Of a DNA stretch of 63,631 bases, positions 28,033 to 37,912 are shown one piece after another; position 1 is the stretch's first letter; every line of letters begins with the position of its first letter. The DNA comes from Actinomycetota bacterium (GTDB taxonomy: Bacteria; Actinomycetota; Acidimicrobiia; IMCC26256; PALSA-555). The notes beneath the pieces were generated by a model. The model was given only the letters and a program-made list of their open reading frames with translations. It had not been told where the DNA came from and made no database searches. Location of the stretch: positions 1-63,631 of the forward strand of contig VGBI01000004.1 of the NCBI GenBank assembly GCA_016870595.1. The letters are read 5' to 3'. Both the position numbers and the translations under genes were made by a program.

Positions 28033-29216
28033 GCACGACCGAGATGCCGAGCGCCCCGGACTTCGAGCTCGAGCGGAGCGCGATGCGTCATCTCGCCGAC
28101 GCCCAGATGAACGTCGAGCTGGACACCGGCGACATGATCCTCAACCTGGGTCCGCAGCACCCGGCCACGCACGGCACGCTGCGCCTCGTCGTCCGGCTCG
28201 ACGGCGAGCGGGTGATCGCGGCCGACCCCGTCATCGGCTACATGCACCGGGGCTACGAGAAGCTCACCGAGTTCCGGACCTACCCGCAGATCACCACGCT
28301 CATCAACCGCATCGACTGGCTGTCGAGCTTCGCCAACGAGGTGCCGTTCGTCCACGCGGCTGAGCAGCTGATGGGCATCGAGGCCCCGGCCCGGGCGCAG
28401 TACATCCGCACGATCCTCACGGAGCTCTCGCGCATCGCGACCTTCGTGCTGTTCCTCGGCGAGATGGGCCTGCAGGTCGGCGCGCTGACCCCGGCCTTCT
28501 ACGGCTTCCGTGACCGTGAGCACGTCCTCAACCTGATCGAGGGCGCGACCGGCGGTCGCTTCCACCCCAACTTCAACCGCATCGGCGGCCTCAAGGACGA
28601 CCTCCCGTGGGGCTGGGTGTCCGAGACCCGCCAGGTGATGCAGCTGGTCCTCGACTCGTGCGACCAGTTCGAGGACCTGGTGGTGGGCAACGAGATCTTC
28701 CTCAGCCGTACCCGGGGGATCGGCATCATCCCCGGCGACATCGGGACCGCCTACGGGGTGTCGGGATCCAACCTGCGCGCCTCGGGTGTCGACTGGGACC
28801 TCCGGCGCGACGGCGTGCCCTACCTCGCCTACCCCGACCTCGACTTCAAGGTCTGGACCCATGCGGCCGGCGACTCGTTCGCCCGGTACTGGGTCCGGCT
28901 CCAGGAGACCCGGGAGTCGGTGCGCATGGTCCTCCAGCTCCTCGACGGGCTGCCCGCCGGTCCGGTCATGGCCAAGGTGCCGCGCATCATCAAGGTGCCA
29001 GAGGGCGAGGCCTGGGTCGAGACCGAGAACCCCCTCGGGCAGATGGGGTACTACATCGTCTCCAAGGGAGCGACCGGGCCGTTCCGGGTCAAGATCCGGT
29101 CGGCGTCGTTCAGCAACGTGTCGATCCTGCCCTGGCTGCTCCGGGGTGTGTACGTTCCCGACGTCGTGACGATCCTCGCCTCGCTCTACTTCATCCTGGG
29201 GGACATCGACCGGTGA
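28029..29216 (+). CDS. nuoD: complex-I-like subunit D, second copy
   Basis: LNLGPQHPATHGTLRL, IGYMHRGYEK and the C-terminal YFILGDIDR. 395 aa. GTGA junction with nuoC copy 2. Confidence 0.93.
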   Translation: MSTTEMPSAPDFELERSAMRHLADAQMNVELDTGDMILNLGPQHPATHGTLRLVVRLDGERVIAADPVIGYMHRGYEKLTEFRTYPQITTLINRIDWLSSFANEVPFVHAAEQLMGIEAPARAQYIRTILTELSRIATFVLFLGEMGLQVGALTPAFYGFRDREHVLNLIEGATGGRFHPNFNRIGGLKDDLPWGWVSETRQVMQLVLDSCDQFEDLVVGNEIFLSRTRGIGIIPGDIGTAYGVSGSNLRASGVDWDLRRDGVPYLAYPDLDFKVWTHAAGDSFARYWVRLQETRESVRMVLQLLDGLPAGPVMAKVPRIIKVPEGEAWVETENPLGQMGYYIVSKGATGPFRVKIRSASFSNVSILPWLLRGVYVPDVVTILASLYFILGDIDR

Positions 29217-30256
29217 ACGCCGTTGCGCTCACGACCCTCGGGATCGAGATCGGCTGGGGTGCCGCCCTGGCGATCAAGACGCTGGTGATCCTGTTGATCA
29301 TCCCGGCGGGCGCGCTCATCCTCGGCTACGTCTTCCTGCTCAAGATGATGAGCCACATGCAGAGCCGGCTCGGCCCGATGGACCCGGGTGGCTTCCACGG
29401 CTGGTTCCAGCTGATCGGCGACGGCCTCAAGTTCGTGCAGAAGGAAGACCTGATGCCCGACGGGGCCGACCGCAAGGTCTTCGCCGGCGCCCCGGCCGTG
29501 GTCCTGATCTCGACCTTCCTGGTCTTCCTCGTCATCCCGATGGGCCCCGACCTCGTGGTCAAGGACCTCGACATCGGGGTGTTCTACGCCCTGGCGGTGT
29601 CGAGCCTCTCGGTCATCGGGATCCTGATGGCGGGCTGGTCGAGCGCGAACAAGTACGCCCTCCTGGGTGGGCTTCGGGCCGCGGGCCAGCTCATCGCCTA
29701 CGAGCTGCCCCTGCTCCTCGCCGTCATCGGGGTGGTCATCCAGGCCGGCACGATGAGCCTCAACGGGATCGTGGTCGCCCAGCAGCAGCAGTCGATCTTC
29801 GGGATCGACTGGATCGGGAACCCCTACATCCTCACCCAGTTCGTGGGCTTCCTGATCTTCCTCATCGCGGCGCAGGCCGAGCTCACCCAGACCCCGTTCG
29901 ACATGCCGGTCGCCGAGAGCGAGCTCGTCGGCGGGTACCACGTGGAGTACACGGGCTTCCGGTTCCTCTTCTTCTTCATGGGCGAGTACGGCACCGCCTT
30001 CGCGTTCTCGGCGATCGCCGCGACCCTGTTCCTCGGCGGGTACGCGCTGCCGTGGGTCGACGGCGACCTCGCCAACTGGATCGGCCCCCTCGTCCTCTTC
30101 GCCAAGCTCATGCTCGTGGCGTTCCTCATGTTCTGGGCCCGCTTCACCTTCCCGCGGCTCCGTGAGGACCAGCTCCAGGCGTTCGCGTGGAAGTTCCTGA
30201 TCCCGCTGGGCCTGGCGAACCTGCTCGTGACGGCCCTCTTCAAGGTGGCGTTCTGA
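29213..30256 (+). CDS. nuoH: complex-I-like subunit H, second copy
   Basis: [54 protein letters not shown] and PRLREDQL. Its GTG overlaps the nuoD copy 2 stop, leaving no room for E/F/G genes. Confidence 0.93.
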   Translation: MNAVALTTLGIEIGWGAALAIKTLVILLIIPAGALILGYVFLLKMMSHMQSRLGPMDPGGFHGWFQLIGDGLKFVQKEDLMPDGADRKVFAGAPAVVLISTFLVFLVIPMGPDLVVKDLDIGVFYALAVSSLSVIGILMAGWSSANKYALLGGLRAAGQLIAYELPLLLAVIGVVIQAGTMSLNGIVVAQQQQSIFGIDWIGNPYILTQFVGFLIFLIAAQAELTQTPFDMPVAESELVGGYHVEYTGFRFLFFFMGEYGTAFAFSAIAATLFLGGYALPWVDGDLANWIGPLVLFAKLMLVAFLMFWARFTFPRLREDQLQAFAWKFLIPLGLANLLVTALFKVAF

Positions 30257-30744
30257 TGGCCCGCAAGAAGATCCCGGGGATGATCGGGGGTCTCGGTATC
30301 ACGTTCAAGACGATGCTGAAGCCCGCGGTGACGGTGCAGTACCCCCACGAGAAGGAGGAGCCCCCGACGCGGGCGCGCGGGGTGATCGCGCTCAAGGAGG
30401 AGAACTGCACCGTCTGCATGCTGTGCGCACGCTCGTGCCCCGACTGGTGCATCTACATCGAGGGTCACAAGGAGAAGCGCCCGCCCCGGCGTGAAGGCGG
30501 ACGCGACCGGACGGTCAGCGTCCTCGACCGCTTCGATATCGACTACTCCCTGTGCATGTACTGCGGGATCTGCGTCGAGGTCTGCCCCTTCGACGCGCTG
30601 TTCTGGAGCCCGGAGTACGAGTACTCCGAGCACAGCATCGCCCGCCTCCTCCACGACAAGGTGAAGTTGGGCGAGTGGATGGAGACCGTCCCGGAGCCCG
30701 AGCCGCTCGAGGTCGGCGCCGAGTCGGCGAAGAAGAAGAAGTAG
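30256..30744 (+). CDS. nuoI: complex-I-like subunit I, second copy
   Basis: [12 protein letters not shown] and [12 protein letters not shown] are two 4Fe-4S motifs. 162 aa. Confidence 0.92.
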   Translation: MARKKIPGMIGGLGITFKTMLKPAVTVQYPHEKEEPPTRARGVIALKEENCTVCMLCARSCPDWCIYIEGHKEKRPPRREGGRDRTVSVLDRFDIDYSLCMYCGICVEVCPFDALFWSPEYEYSEHSIARLLHDKVKLGEWMETVPEPEPLEVGAESAKKKK

Positions 30745-30751
30745 CCCGGCC

Positions 30752-31258
30752 ATGTGGGAGCAGCAGGTCGCCTTCTGGATCATCGCGGTCGCCATGGCCG
30801 GCGCGGCGATCGGGGTCGTCCGCGCCAACAACGTGGTCCACGCCGCCCTCTTCCTCATCGTGGTGTTCGCCGGCAGCGCCGCGCAGTACATCCTGCTGCT
30901 CGCCGAGTTCGTCGCCTGGGTGCAGGTGCTGATCTACATCGGCGCCATCATCGTGCTGTTCCTCTTCGGCGTCATGCTCACCCGGGCCCCGATGCGCGAG
31001 GAACGCGGCAAGCTCGACAACTCCCAGCGCCTGGCTGCCGCCGTGGTGGCCCTGTTCCTGTTCGGCGTGCTCGCGGTGTTCCTCGTCGACGCCTTCGCCG
31101 GGACCGAGCTCCGCTTCCGCGACTCGATGGTCGAGGTCGGGAGCGCGGCGAGCGTCGGGGAGTCGATCTTCCGCCAGTTCGTGATCCCGTTCGAGGTCGT
31201 GTCGATGCTGCTCCTCGCCGCCCTGGTGGGCGCGGTCGCCCTGGCGCGGAGGGACTGA
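30752..31258 (+). CDS. nuoJ: complex-I-like subunit J, second copy
   Basis: [50 protein letters not shown] is the ND6/NuoJ pattern. Confidence 0.9.
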   Translation: MWEQQVAFWIIAVAMAGAAIGVVRANNVVHAALFLIVVFAGSAAQYILLLAEFVAWVQVLIYIGAIIVLFLFGVMLTRAPMREERGKLDNSQRLAAAVVALFLFGVLAVFLVDAFAGTELRFRDSMVEVGSAASVGESIFRQFVIPFEVVSMLLLAALVGAVALARRD

Positions 31259-31262
31259 TCCG

Positions 31263-31562
31263 ATGCCGATCAACTACTTCCTGATCCTCAGCGCGTTCCT
31301 GTTCTGCGCCGGTGCGTACGGGGTCCTGGCCCGGCGGAACTCGGTGCTGGTCCTGATGAGCGTGGAGCTGATGCTCAACGCCGTGAACATCAACCTGATC
31401 GCGTTCTCGGCCCAGGCCCAGGACGTGGCCGGCCAGGTCTTCGCACTGTTCGTGATCACGATCGCTGCCGCCGAGGTCGGCATCGGTCTGGCCATCGTGC
31501 TGCTGATCTACCGCAACCTCCGGAGCCCCGATCTCGATCGGGTCGAGCAGCTGAAGGGCTGA
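31263..31562 (+). CDS. nuoK: complex-I-like subunit K, second copy
   Basis: 99 aa. [17 protein letters not shown] and [17 protein letters not shown]. Confidence 0.93.
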   Translation: MPINYFLILSAFLFCAGAYGVLARRNSVLVLMSVELMLNAVNINLIAFSAQAQDVAGQVFALFVITIAAAEVGIGLAIVLLIYRNLRSPDLDRVEQLKG

Positions 31563-31570
31563 TTCGTACG

Positions 31571-33649
31571 ATGCTCGACAACGTCTGGATCATCCCGCTC
31601 ATCCCGGCGGTCTCGTACCTGCTGATCCTCTTCTTCGGCAAGCGCATGCCGAAGAAGGGGGCTGAGATCGGGATTGCCGCGCTCGGTGCGGCATTCGTGC
31701 TCGCCTGCATCACGGTGATGCAGTGGATCGACCGGGTCGAGGCCGCGGTCAGCAAGGAAGGTGGCGCGGCCACGGGCCTGGGTGCCCTCGGGCGCAGCGT
31801 CGTGGCTGCGGCAACCGGCGCTCCCGAGGTCGAGCCGGTCGTGCGCGGGTTCACCTGGTGGGAGAACGGGCCGGCCAAGTTCGAGATCGGTGCCCGCGTC
31901 GACGGTCTCGTCGTGATGATGCTGGTGGTCGTCACCCTCATCTCGCTGCTCGTGCACGTGTACAGCACGGCCTACATGCACGAGGACCGTCGCTTCACCC
32001 ACTACTACGCCGCGCTCTCGCTGTTCTCCGCCTCGATGCTGTTCATGGTCATCTCGGCGAACCTGCTGCAGCTCATGGTCGGGTGGGAGCTGGTCGGACT
32101 GTGCTCCTTCATGCTGATCGGGCACTGGTGGGAGGAGAAGCCGAACTCCAACGCAGCGTTGAAGGCCTTCCTCACCACCCGGACCGGTGACGTCGGCCTG
32201 ATGACGGGCATCATCATCGTCTTCTTTGCCGCCGGGTCGTTCGACATCTCGGTCGTCAACGAGTACGCCCTGAGCCCCGAGGTCAACCACGGCCTCATGA
32301 TGTGGGCGTCGGTGGCGCTGATGTTCGGCATCATGGGCAAGTCGGGACAGTTCTTCCTGCACACCTGGCTGCCCGACGCCATGGCCGGACCGACCCCGGT
32401 GTCGGCCCTCATCCACGCCGCGACCATGGTCGTCGCCGGCGTCTTCCTGGGTGCCCGCGTCTACCCGGTGTTCTGGGAGGGCTTCAGCATCGGTGGCGGC
32501 GGGCTCAACATGATGGCCGTCGTCGGCGGCGTCACGATCATCGTCGGGGCGGCGCTCGCCTTCGTCCAGAACGACATCAAGAAGGTGTTGGCCTACTCGA
32601 CCGTGAGCCAGCTCGGCTACATGGTCATGGCCCTCGGGGTCGGTGCCTGGCTGGGTGCGGTGTTCCACCTCTTCACCCACGCCTTCTTCAAGGCCTGCCT
32701 CTTCCTCGGGGCCGGCTCGATCAGCCACTCCGCCACCCACCACTCCTTCGACATGCGGGAGATGGGTGGGCTGCGCAAGCCCATGCCGGTCACCTTCTGG
32801 ACGTTCATCGTCGGCACCATCGCCCTGGCCGGCATCTTCCCCTTCGCCGGGTTCTGGTCGAAGGACGAGATCCTGGCCACCGCCGACCAGGGTGACTTCC
32901 GCATCTTCCTCGTGGTGGGTCTGATCGGCGCGGCCATGACCGCCGCCTACATGACCCGCTGCGTGTACCTCACGTTCTTCGGGCAGTACCGGGGTCATCA
33001 CCATCCGCACGAGTCCACCCCGGCCATCACCGTGCCGCTGGTGATCCTCGCAGTGCTCTCGGTGGTCGCTGGGCTCCTGCAGTCGGCACCGTTCGAGATC
33101 AAGAAGTTCCAGGAGTGGTTCGAGCAGGTGGGCGGCCTGCCGAAGGAGATGATCATCCCCGAGTTCGACTACGGCCTCGCGGCCATCTCGGTCAGCCTCG
33201 CCACCATCGTGGTCGGGGTCGCCGCCTTCTTCGTGTTCCGGCGCGAGGAGCACGGGGCCCTCAAGGGTCTCACCCAGCGCAACCGGGTCGCCCACGCGGG
33301 CTACCGGTTCCTCGAGCGCAAGTACTACCTCGACGACCTCTACGAGGGCGTCATCGTCGCCGGGGTCAAGGGGCCGATCGCCCGCGGCTCGAACTGGATC
33401 AACCAGTACGTCATCGACGGCGTCGTCAACGCCGTCGGACGGGGGAGCGCACGGGCGGGTCGCTGGGCCTACGAGGTCTTCGACCAGGAGGTCGTCGACG
33501 GCGCGGTCAACGACATCGGGCGCGAGACCGTCTTGGCGGGCGGCGGCATGTCGAAGCTGCAGTCCGGACGACTCCAGCGGTACGCCCTCTTCCTGCTCGC
33601 CTCCGTCGGGGTCATCGGCCTTGCGGTCTACATCGTCAACGTCGCTTAG
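31571..33649 (+). CDS. nuoL: complex-I-like subunit L, second copy
   Basis: MVGWELVGLCSFMLIGHWW, GKSGQFFLHTWLPDAMAGPTPVSALIHAATMVVAGV and WSKDEIL. 692 aa. Confidence 0.93.
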   Translation: MLDNVWIIPLIPAVSYLLILFFGKRMPKKGAEIGIAALGAAFVLACITVMQWIDRVEAAVSKEGGAATGLGALGRSVVAAATGAPEVEPVVRGFTWWENGPAKFEIGARVDGLVVMMLVVVTLISLLVHVYSTAYMHEDRRFTHYYAALSLFSASMLFMVISANLLQLMVGWELVGLCSFMLIGHWWEEKPNSNAALKAFLTTRTGDVGLMTGIIIVFFAAGSFDISVVNEYALSPEVNHGLMMWASVALMFGIMGKSGQFFLHTWLPDAMAGPTPVSALIHAATMVVAGVFLGARVYPVFWEGFSIGGGGLNMMAVVGGVTIIVGAALAFVQNDIKKVLAYSTVSQLGYMVMALGVGAWLGAVFHLFTHAFFKACLFLGAGSISHSATHHSFDMREMGGLRKPMPVTFWTFIVGTIALAGIFPFAGFWSKDEILATADQGDFRIFLVVGLIGAAMTAAYMTRCVYLTFFGQYRGHHHPHESTPAITVPLVILAVLSVVAGLLQSAPFEIKKFQEWFEQVGGLPKEMIIPEFDYGLAAISVSLATIVVGVAAFFVFRREEHGALKGLTQRNRVAHAGYRFLERKYYLDDLYEGVIVAGVKGPIARGSNWINQYVIDGVVNAVGRGSARAGRWAYEVFDQEVVDGAVNDIGRETVLAGGGMSKLQSGRLQRYALFLLASVGVIGLAVYIVNVA

Positions 33650-33669
33650 CTGAGGGGATCACACGGCAC

Positions 33670-35220
33670 ATGGACTGGTTCGATGACTGGGCGCTGACCC
33701 TCGCGGTCTTCACCCCGCTCGTCGGGATGGCGATCGTCTTGCTGATCCCGCGGGCGGAGGAAGCTGCGATCAAGGTCGTCGCCCTCCTCACCTCTCTCGT
33801 GACCCTGGCGATCGGGGTCGGCATCCTCGTCGACTTCGACTTCGGGAACACGGCCAAGATGCAGTTCCAGGTCGACAAGGAGTGGATCCCGGTCATCAAC
33901 GCCCGGTACCACCTCGGGATTGACGGCATCTCGCTGCCGCTGCTGATCCTGACCATGGTGATCGTGCCGTTGTGCATCATCTACTCGCTGGACCACTTCC
34001 CGGAGCCGCACAACCCGAAGGCGTTCCTGGCCCTGATCCTCCTGCTCGAGGTCGGGATGATCGGGACCTTCGTCGCCCTCGACCTCGTGCTCTTCTTCAT
34101 CTTCTTCGAGGTCGTCCTCCTCCCGATGTTCTTCATGATCGGGGTCTGGGGGGGCCCGAACCGCGAGTACGCGTCGATCAAGTTCTTCCTCTTCACCCTC
34201 TTCGGCTCGGCGCTGATGCTGGTGAGCTTCCTCGCCCTCTACTTCCTGTCGAAGCGGTCGACGTTCGACATCAGCACCCTCGCCTCGTTCGAGGGTGCCG
34301 GCATCACCAGGGGCACCCAGGTCCTGCTGTTCGCCGGCCTCTTCCTCGGCTTCGCGATCAAGGTGCCGATGTTCCCGTTCCACACCTGGCTCCCCGATGC
34401 CCACACCGAGGCGCCGACGGTGGGCTCGGTGCTGCTGGCCGCCGTGCTCCTGAAGCTCGGCACCTACGGCTTCATCCGCATCGCACTGCCGATCCTGCCC
34501 GAGGGGGCGCAGGTCTGGGCCCCCTGGATCGGCCTCCTGTCGGTCATCGGCATCATCTACGGCGCCCTGTGCTGTCTGGCGCAACGCGACATGAAGCGGC
34601 TGATCGCGTTCTCGTCGGTCGCCCACATGGGCTTCGTGATGCTCGGCATCGCGACGCTCACCGACTTCGGCGTCAACGCCGCCGTGTTCGGCATGGTCGC
34701 CCACGGTCTCATCACCGGGATGCTGTTCTTCCTGGCCGGCTCGATCCAGCACCGCTACCACACCCGGGAGATGTCCCGGCTCGGTGGCCTGCTCGTCTCG
34801 GCACCGAAGATGGGCTGGATCCTCGGCTTCTGCGCCATGGCCTCCCTCGGCCTGCCCGGCCTGGCCGGCTTCTGGGGCGAGTTCCCGGCGGTGCTCAGCG
34901 CGTTCGAGCCGTCACGCCTGGCCAACGGCATCCTCGGCAACACCGCCAGCACGCTCTGGACCTTCCGGACCTTCATGGTCGTCGCTGCGATCGGCACCGT
35001 CCTGGCGGCCGGCTACCTCCTCTGGATGTACCAGCGGGTCGGCATGGGGACGCCCAAGCCGGAGTTCGAGGACGCCCACATCCACGACGTCCACCGCCCC
35101 GAGTGGGTGGCCTGGACGCCGCTGCTCCTGGGCATCGTGGTCTTCGGTCTGTTCCCGAACCTGATCTTCTCCATCACCAACGACGCCGCCAGCTCGATCA
35201 CCCGAGCCTTCTCGGGTTAG
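33670..35220 (+). CDS. nuoM: complex-I-like subunit M, second copy
   Basis: FFIFFEVVLLPMFFMI, KVPMFPFHTWLPDAHTEAPTVGSVLLAAV and IAFSSVAHMGF. ATG at 33670 is preceded by GAGGGGA. Confidence 0.92.
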   Translation: MDWFDDWALTLAVFTPLVGMAIVLLIPRAEEAAIKVVALLTSLVTLAIGVGILVDFDFGNTAKMQFQVDKEWIPVINARYHLGIDGISLPLLILTMVIVPLCIIYSLDHFPEPHNPKAFLALILLLEVGMIGTFVALDLVLFFIFFEVVLLPMFFMIGVWGGPNREYASIKFFLFTLFGSALMLVSFLALYFLSKRSTFDISTLASFEGAGITRGTQVLLFAGLFLGFAIKVPMFPFHTWLPDAHTEAPTVGSVLLAAVLLKLGTYGFIRIALPILPEGAQVWAPWIGLLSVIGIIYGALCCLAQRDMKRLIAFSSVAHMGFVMLGIATLTDFGVNAAVFGMVAHGLITGMLFFLAGSIQHRYHTREMSRLGGLLVSAPKMGWILGFCAMASLGLPGLAGFWGEFPAVLSAFEPSRLANGILGNTASTLWTFRTFMVVAAIGTVLAAGYLLWMYQRVGMGTPKPEFEDAHIHDVHRPEWVAWTPLLLGIVVFGLFPNLIFSITNDAASSITRAFSG

Positions 35221-35230
35221 GAGCCGTTCC

Positions 35231-36700
35231 GTGGGTACCCCGTACTTCGACTACCACGCGCTCGCGCCGGTCATCGTGCTGGCGGCCGTTGCGCTGCTCG
35301 CCTTGGTCGTCGACTTCGTCTGGAAGGACGGTGGTCGTCGGGCCGTGCCCCAGATCGCGGGGATCGGGCTGCTCCTCGCACTGATCCCGGTGTTCACCCT
35401 CGCGGCCGACGGCGAGACCCGGTCGATGTTCGGCGGCGCGTTCGTGGTCGACAACTACGCGCTGGCCTTCGCCGGGTTCTTCCTCATCGTGGGCTACGTG
35501 GCGGTCCTGATGTCGTATGACTACATCGACGAAGGCGACTACTACCGGGGCGAGTACTACGTGCTGCTGGTCACCTCGGTGCTGGGGATGGTCGTCCTCG
35601 CCTCGGCCCGCGACCTCATCACGATCTTCGTCGCGATCGAGACGGTCACCCTGCCGACCTTCGTGCTCGCCGGGTGGCGCAAGCACGACACCCGGTCCAA
35701 CGAGGCCGCGATCAAGTACTTCATCATCGGCGTCCTGTCATCGGCGGTCATGCTCTACGGCATGTCGCTCATCTTCGGTCTGAGCAACAGCACCCTGCTC
35801 TCCGAGATCGGCTCGGTGGCGAGTGGCGACAATCCCGCCCTCTTCGCGGTGGCGATCTTCCTCACCCTCGCCGGCTTCGCCTTCAAGGTCTCGGCAGTGC
35901 CCTTCCACTTCTGGGCGCCCGACACCTACCAGGGCGCCCCGCTCCCGGTGACGGCGTTCCTGTCGGTGGCGTCGAAGGCGGCCGGGTTCGTGGCCATGCT
36001 CTCCGTCGTCGCCCTCGGCTTCTTCGCCAGCCCGAACTCCTGGCAGCCCGTGATCTGGATCCTCGCCGCCGCCTCCATCGTGGTGGGGAACCTGGCCGCA
36101 CTGCGCCAGACCGATGTCGTGCGGATGCTCGCCTACTCCTCGGTGGCCCAGGGTGGGTTCATCCTGGTGCCCTTGGCGGTGTCGGGCGACAACGACGCCG
36201 CCCGGGCCGGCTTCCAGGGCGTGCTCGTCTACATCCTCATCTACGCCGCGATGAACATGGGTGCGTTCGCCTGCGTGATCGCCAACGCCCGGCGCACCCG
36301 CTCCACCGAGATCCAGTCCTTCTCGGGTCTGGGGCGGTCCAACCCGGCGATGGCCGTGGTCTTCACGGTCTTCCTGTTCTCGCTGGCCGGCATCCCCCCC
36401 TTCGCCGGGTGGTTCGCCAAGTTCGTGATGTTCCGGGCCGTCCTCGACGCCGGGACCACCGCCGCCGTCGTGCTGGGCGTGCTGGCCGCAGTGTTCTCGG
36501 TGGTCGCGTTCTTCTACTACGGCACGGTGATCCGGCGGATGTGGTTCCACGCGCCGGTCGATCTGGGCGACACCGGGTCGCCGCAGGTCCCGGGGGCCCT
36601 GGTGGCGGCGATGGCCATCACCACCACGGTGGTCGTCGTGATCGGGGTCTATCCGCAGCTGTTCGCCAAGATCGGGGATCTCGCCTTCCGGGCGACCTGA
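35231..36700 (+). CDS. nuoN: complex-I-like subunit N, second copy
   Basis: FVAIETVTLPTFVLA, FKVSAVPFHFWAPDTYQGAPLPVTAFL and LAYSSVAQGGF. 489 aa. Confidence 0.92.
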   Translation: MGTPYFDYHALAPVIVLAAVALLALVVDFVWKDGGRRAVPQIAGIGLLLALIPVFTLAADGETRSMFGGAFVVDNYALAFAGFFLIVGYVAVLMSYDYIDEGDYYRGEYYVLLVTSVLGMVVLASARDLITIFVAIETVTLPTFVLAGWRKHDTRSNEAAIKYFIIGVLSSAVMLYGMSLIFGLSNSTLLSEIGSVASGDNPALFAVAIFLTLAGFAFKVSAVPFHFWAPDTYQGAPLPVTAFLSVASKAAGFVAMLSVVALGFFASPNSWQPVIWILAAASIVVGNLAALRQTDVVRMLAYSSVAQGGFILVPLAVSGDNDAARAGFQGVLVYILIYAAMNMGAFACVIANARRTRSTEIQSFSGLGRSNPAMAVVFTVFLFSLAGIPPFAGWFAKFVMFRAVLDAGTTAAVVLGVLAAVFSVVAFFYYGTVIRRMWFHAPVDLGDTGSPQVPGALVAAMAITTTVVVVIGVYPQLFAKIGDLAFRAT

Positions 36701-36748
36701 GCGGTCCGGTCCGGGGCGCACCCACCGAATCCCGACGAGGGAGACCAG

Positions 36749-37912
36749 ATGGAGCTCGAGGCCCGGCTCCGGGAACGGATCGGTCGGGAGGGACCGATCG
36801 CCTTCGCCGACTTCCAGGAGGCGGCGCTCTACGACCCGGTGGCGGGTTTCTTCTCCCGAGGTGGGGGCGCGGGCCGGGCCGGACGCGACTTCGTGACCAG
36901 CCCCGAGGTCGGCGGACTGTTCGGGATGGTGGTGGCGCGTGCGCTCGACGCCGCCTGGGACCGCCTGGGCCGACCCGACCCGTTCCTGGTCGTCGAGGCG
37001 GGGGCCGGACGCGGGCGACTGGCCGCCGACGTCCTGCGGTCCCACCCGGCCTGCGCGCCGGCGCTGCGCTACGTCCTGGTCGAGCGGTCGGCCCAGCTCC
37101 GCGACGAGCAGCGGTCCCGGTTGCCGGTCGAGCCCCCCGACGAGGCGCTCGGTCCCTTCGTGACCGGCGACGACGAGGTGCCCGAGCCCGAGCCGGGGCG
37201 GGGTCCGATCGTGACCGCCCTCGAGGAGCTGCCCGCAGTGACGGTGCGCGGGGTAGTGCTGGCCAACGAGCTGCTCGACAACCTCCCGGTCCACCTGGTC
37301 GAGCGGACGGCATCGGGGTGGGCCGAGGTCCGCGTCGACTGCGACGACGTCGGCTTCACCGAGACCGTCGTCCCCGCGCCGCCGGCGCTGGCCGCGGAGG
37401 CCGACGTCGTGGCCGAGGGCGCGGTGGTCGTCCCGGGCGCCCGGATCCCGGTGCCCCGGGCCGCCCGGGCCTGGCTCGAAGCGGTGAGTGCGCGGCTCCG
37501 GGTCGGTGAGGTCGTCCTGTTCGACTACGTCGACACCACGTCGTCGCTGGCGGCCCGGGGTCAGGCGGCCTGGCTGCGCACCTATCGCGGGCACGAGCGC
37601 GGCGACGGTCCCCTTCGTGAACCCGGGACCCAGGACATCACCTGCGACCTGCCGCTCGAGTACCTCCGCCACGTGACCGCGCGCCTGGGGCTGTCCGTGG
37701 TCGAGTACCGCACGCAGCGTGAGTGGCTGGCCGGTCACGGTATCGCCGACCTCGTCGCCGACGGCGACCGCATCTGGCGGGAGGGGGCCGCCCGGGGCGA
37801 CCTGGCCGCGCTGGCCGGGCGGAGCCGGGGGGTCGAGGCGGCCGCGCTCACCGACCCGGCGGGGCTGGGGGCACACCGGGTCCTGGTGCTGCGTCGCGAC
37901 GCCTCGGGATAG
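36749..37912 (+). CDS. class I SAM-dependent methyltransferase of the MidA/NDUFAF7 (DUF185, COG1565) family
   Basis: [49 protein letters not shown] and TQDITCDL match the MidA/NDUFAF7 conserved blocks as I recall them. It lies 48 nt after nuoN copy 2 on the same strand. Confidence 0.8.
   Translation: MELEARLRERIGREGPIAFADFQEAALYDPVAGFFSRGGGAGRAGRDFVTSPEVGGLFGMVVARALDAAWDRLGRPDPFLVVEAGAGRGRLAADVLRSHPACAPALRYVLVERSAQLRDEQRSRLPVEPPDEALGPFVTGDDEVPEPEPGRGPIVTALEELPAVTVRGVVLANELLDNLPVHLVERTASGWAEVRVDCDDVGFTETVVPAPPALAAEADVVAEGAVVVPGARIPVPRAARAWLEAVSARLRVGEVVLFDYVDTTSSLAARGQAAWLRTYRGHERGDGPLREPGTQDITCDLPLEYLRHVTARLGLSVVEYRTQREWLAGHGIADLVADGDRIWREGAARGDLAALAGRSRGVEAAALTDPAGLGAHRVLVLRRDASG

Noticed and set aside
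26299-36700. The second nuo gene set as a recent segmental duplication or assembly artefact of the first
   Set aside because: The two sets differ throughout at the protein and DNA level, differ in gene content (no E/F/G), and have different junction architecture. I saw no long identical DNA stretches.
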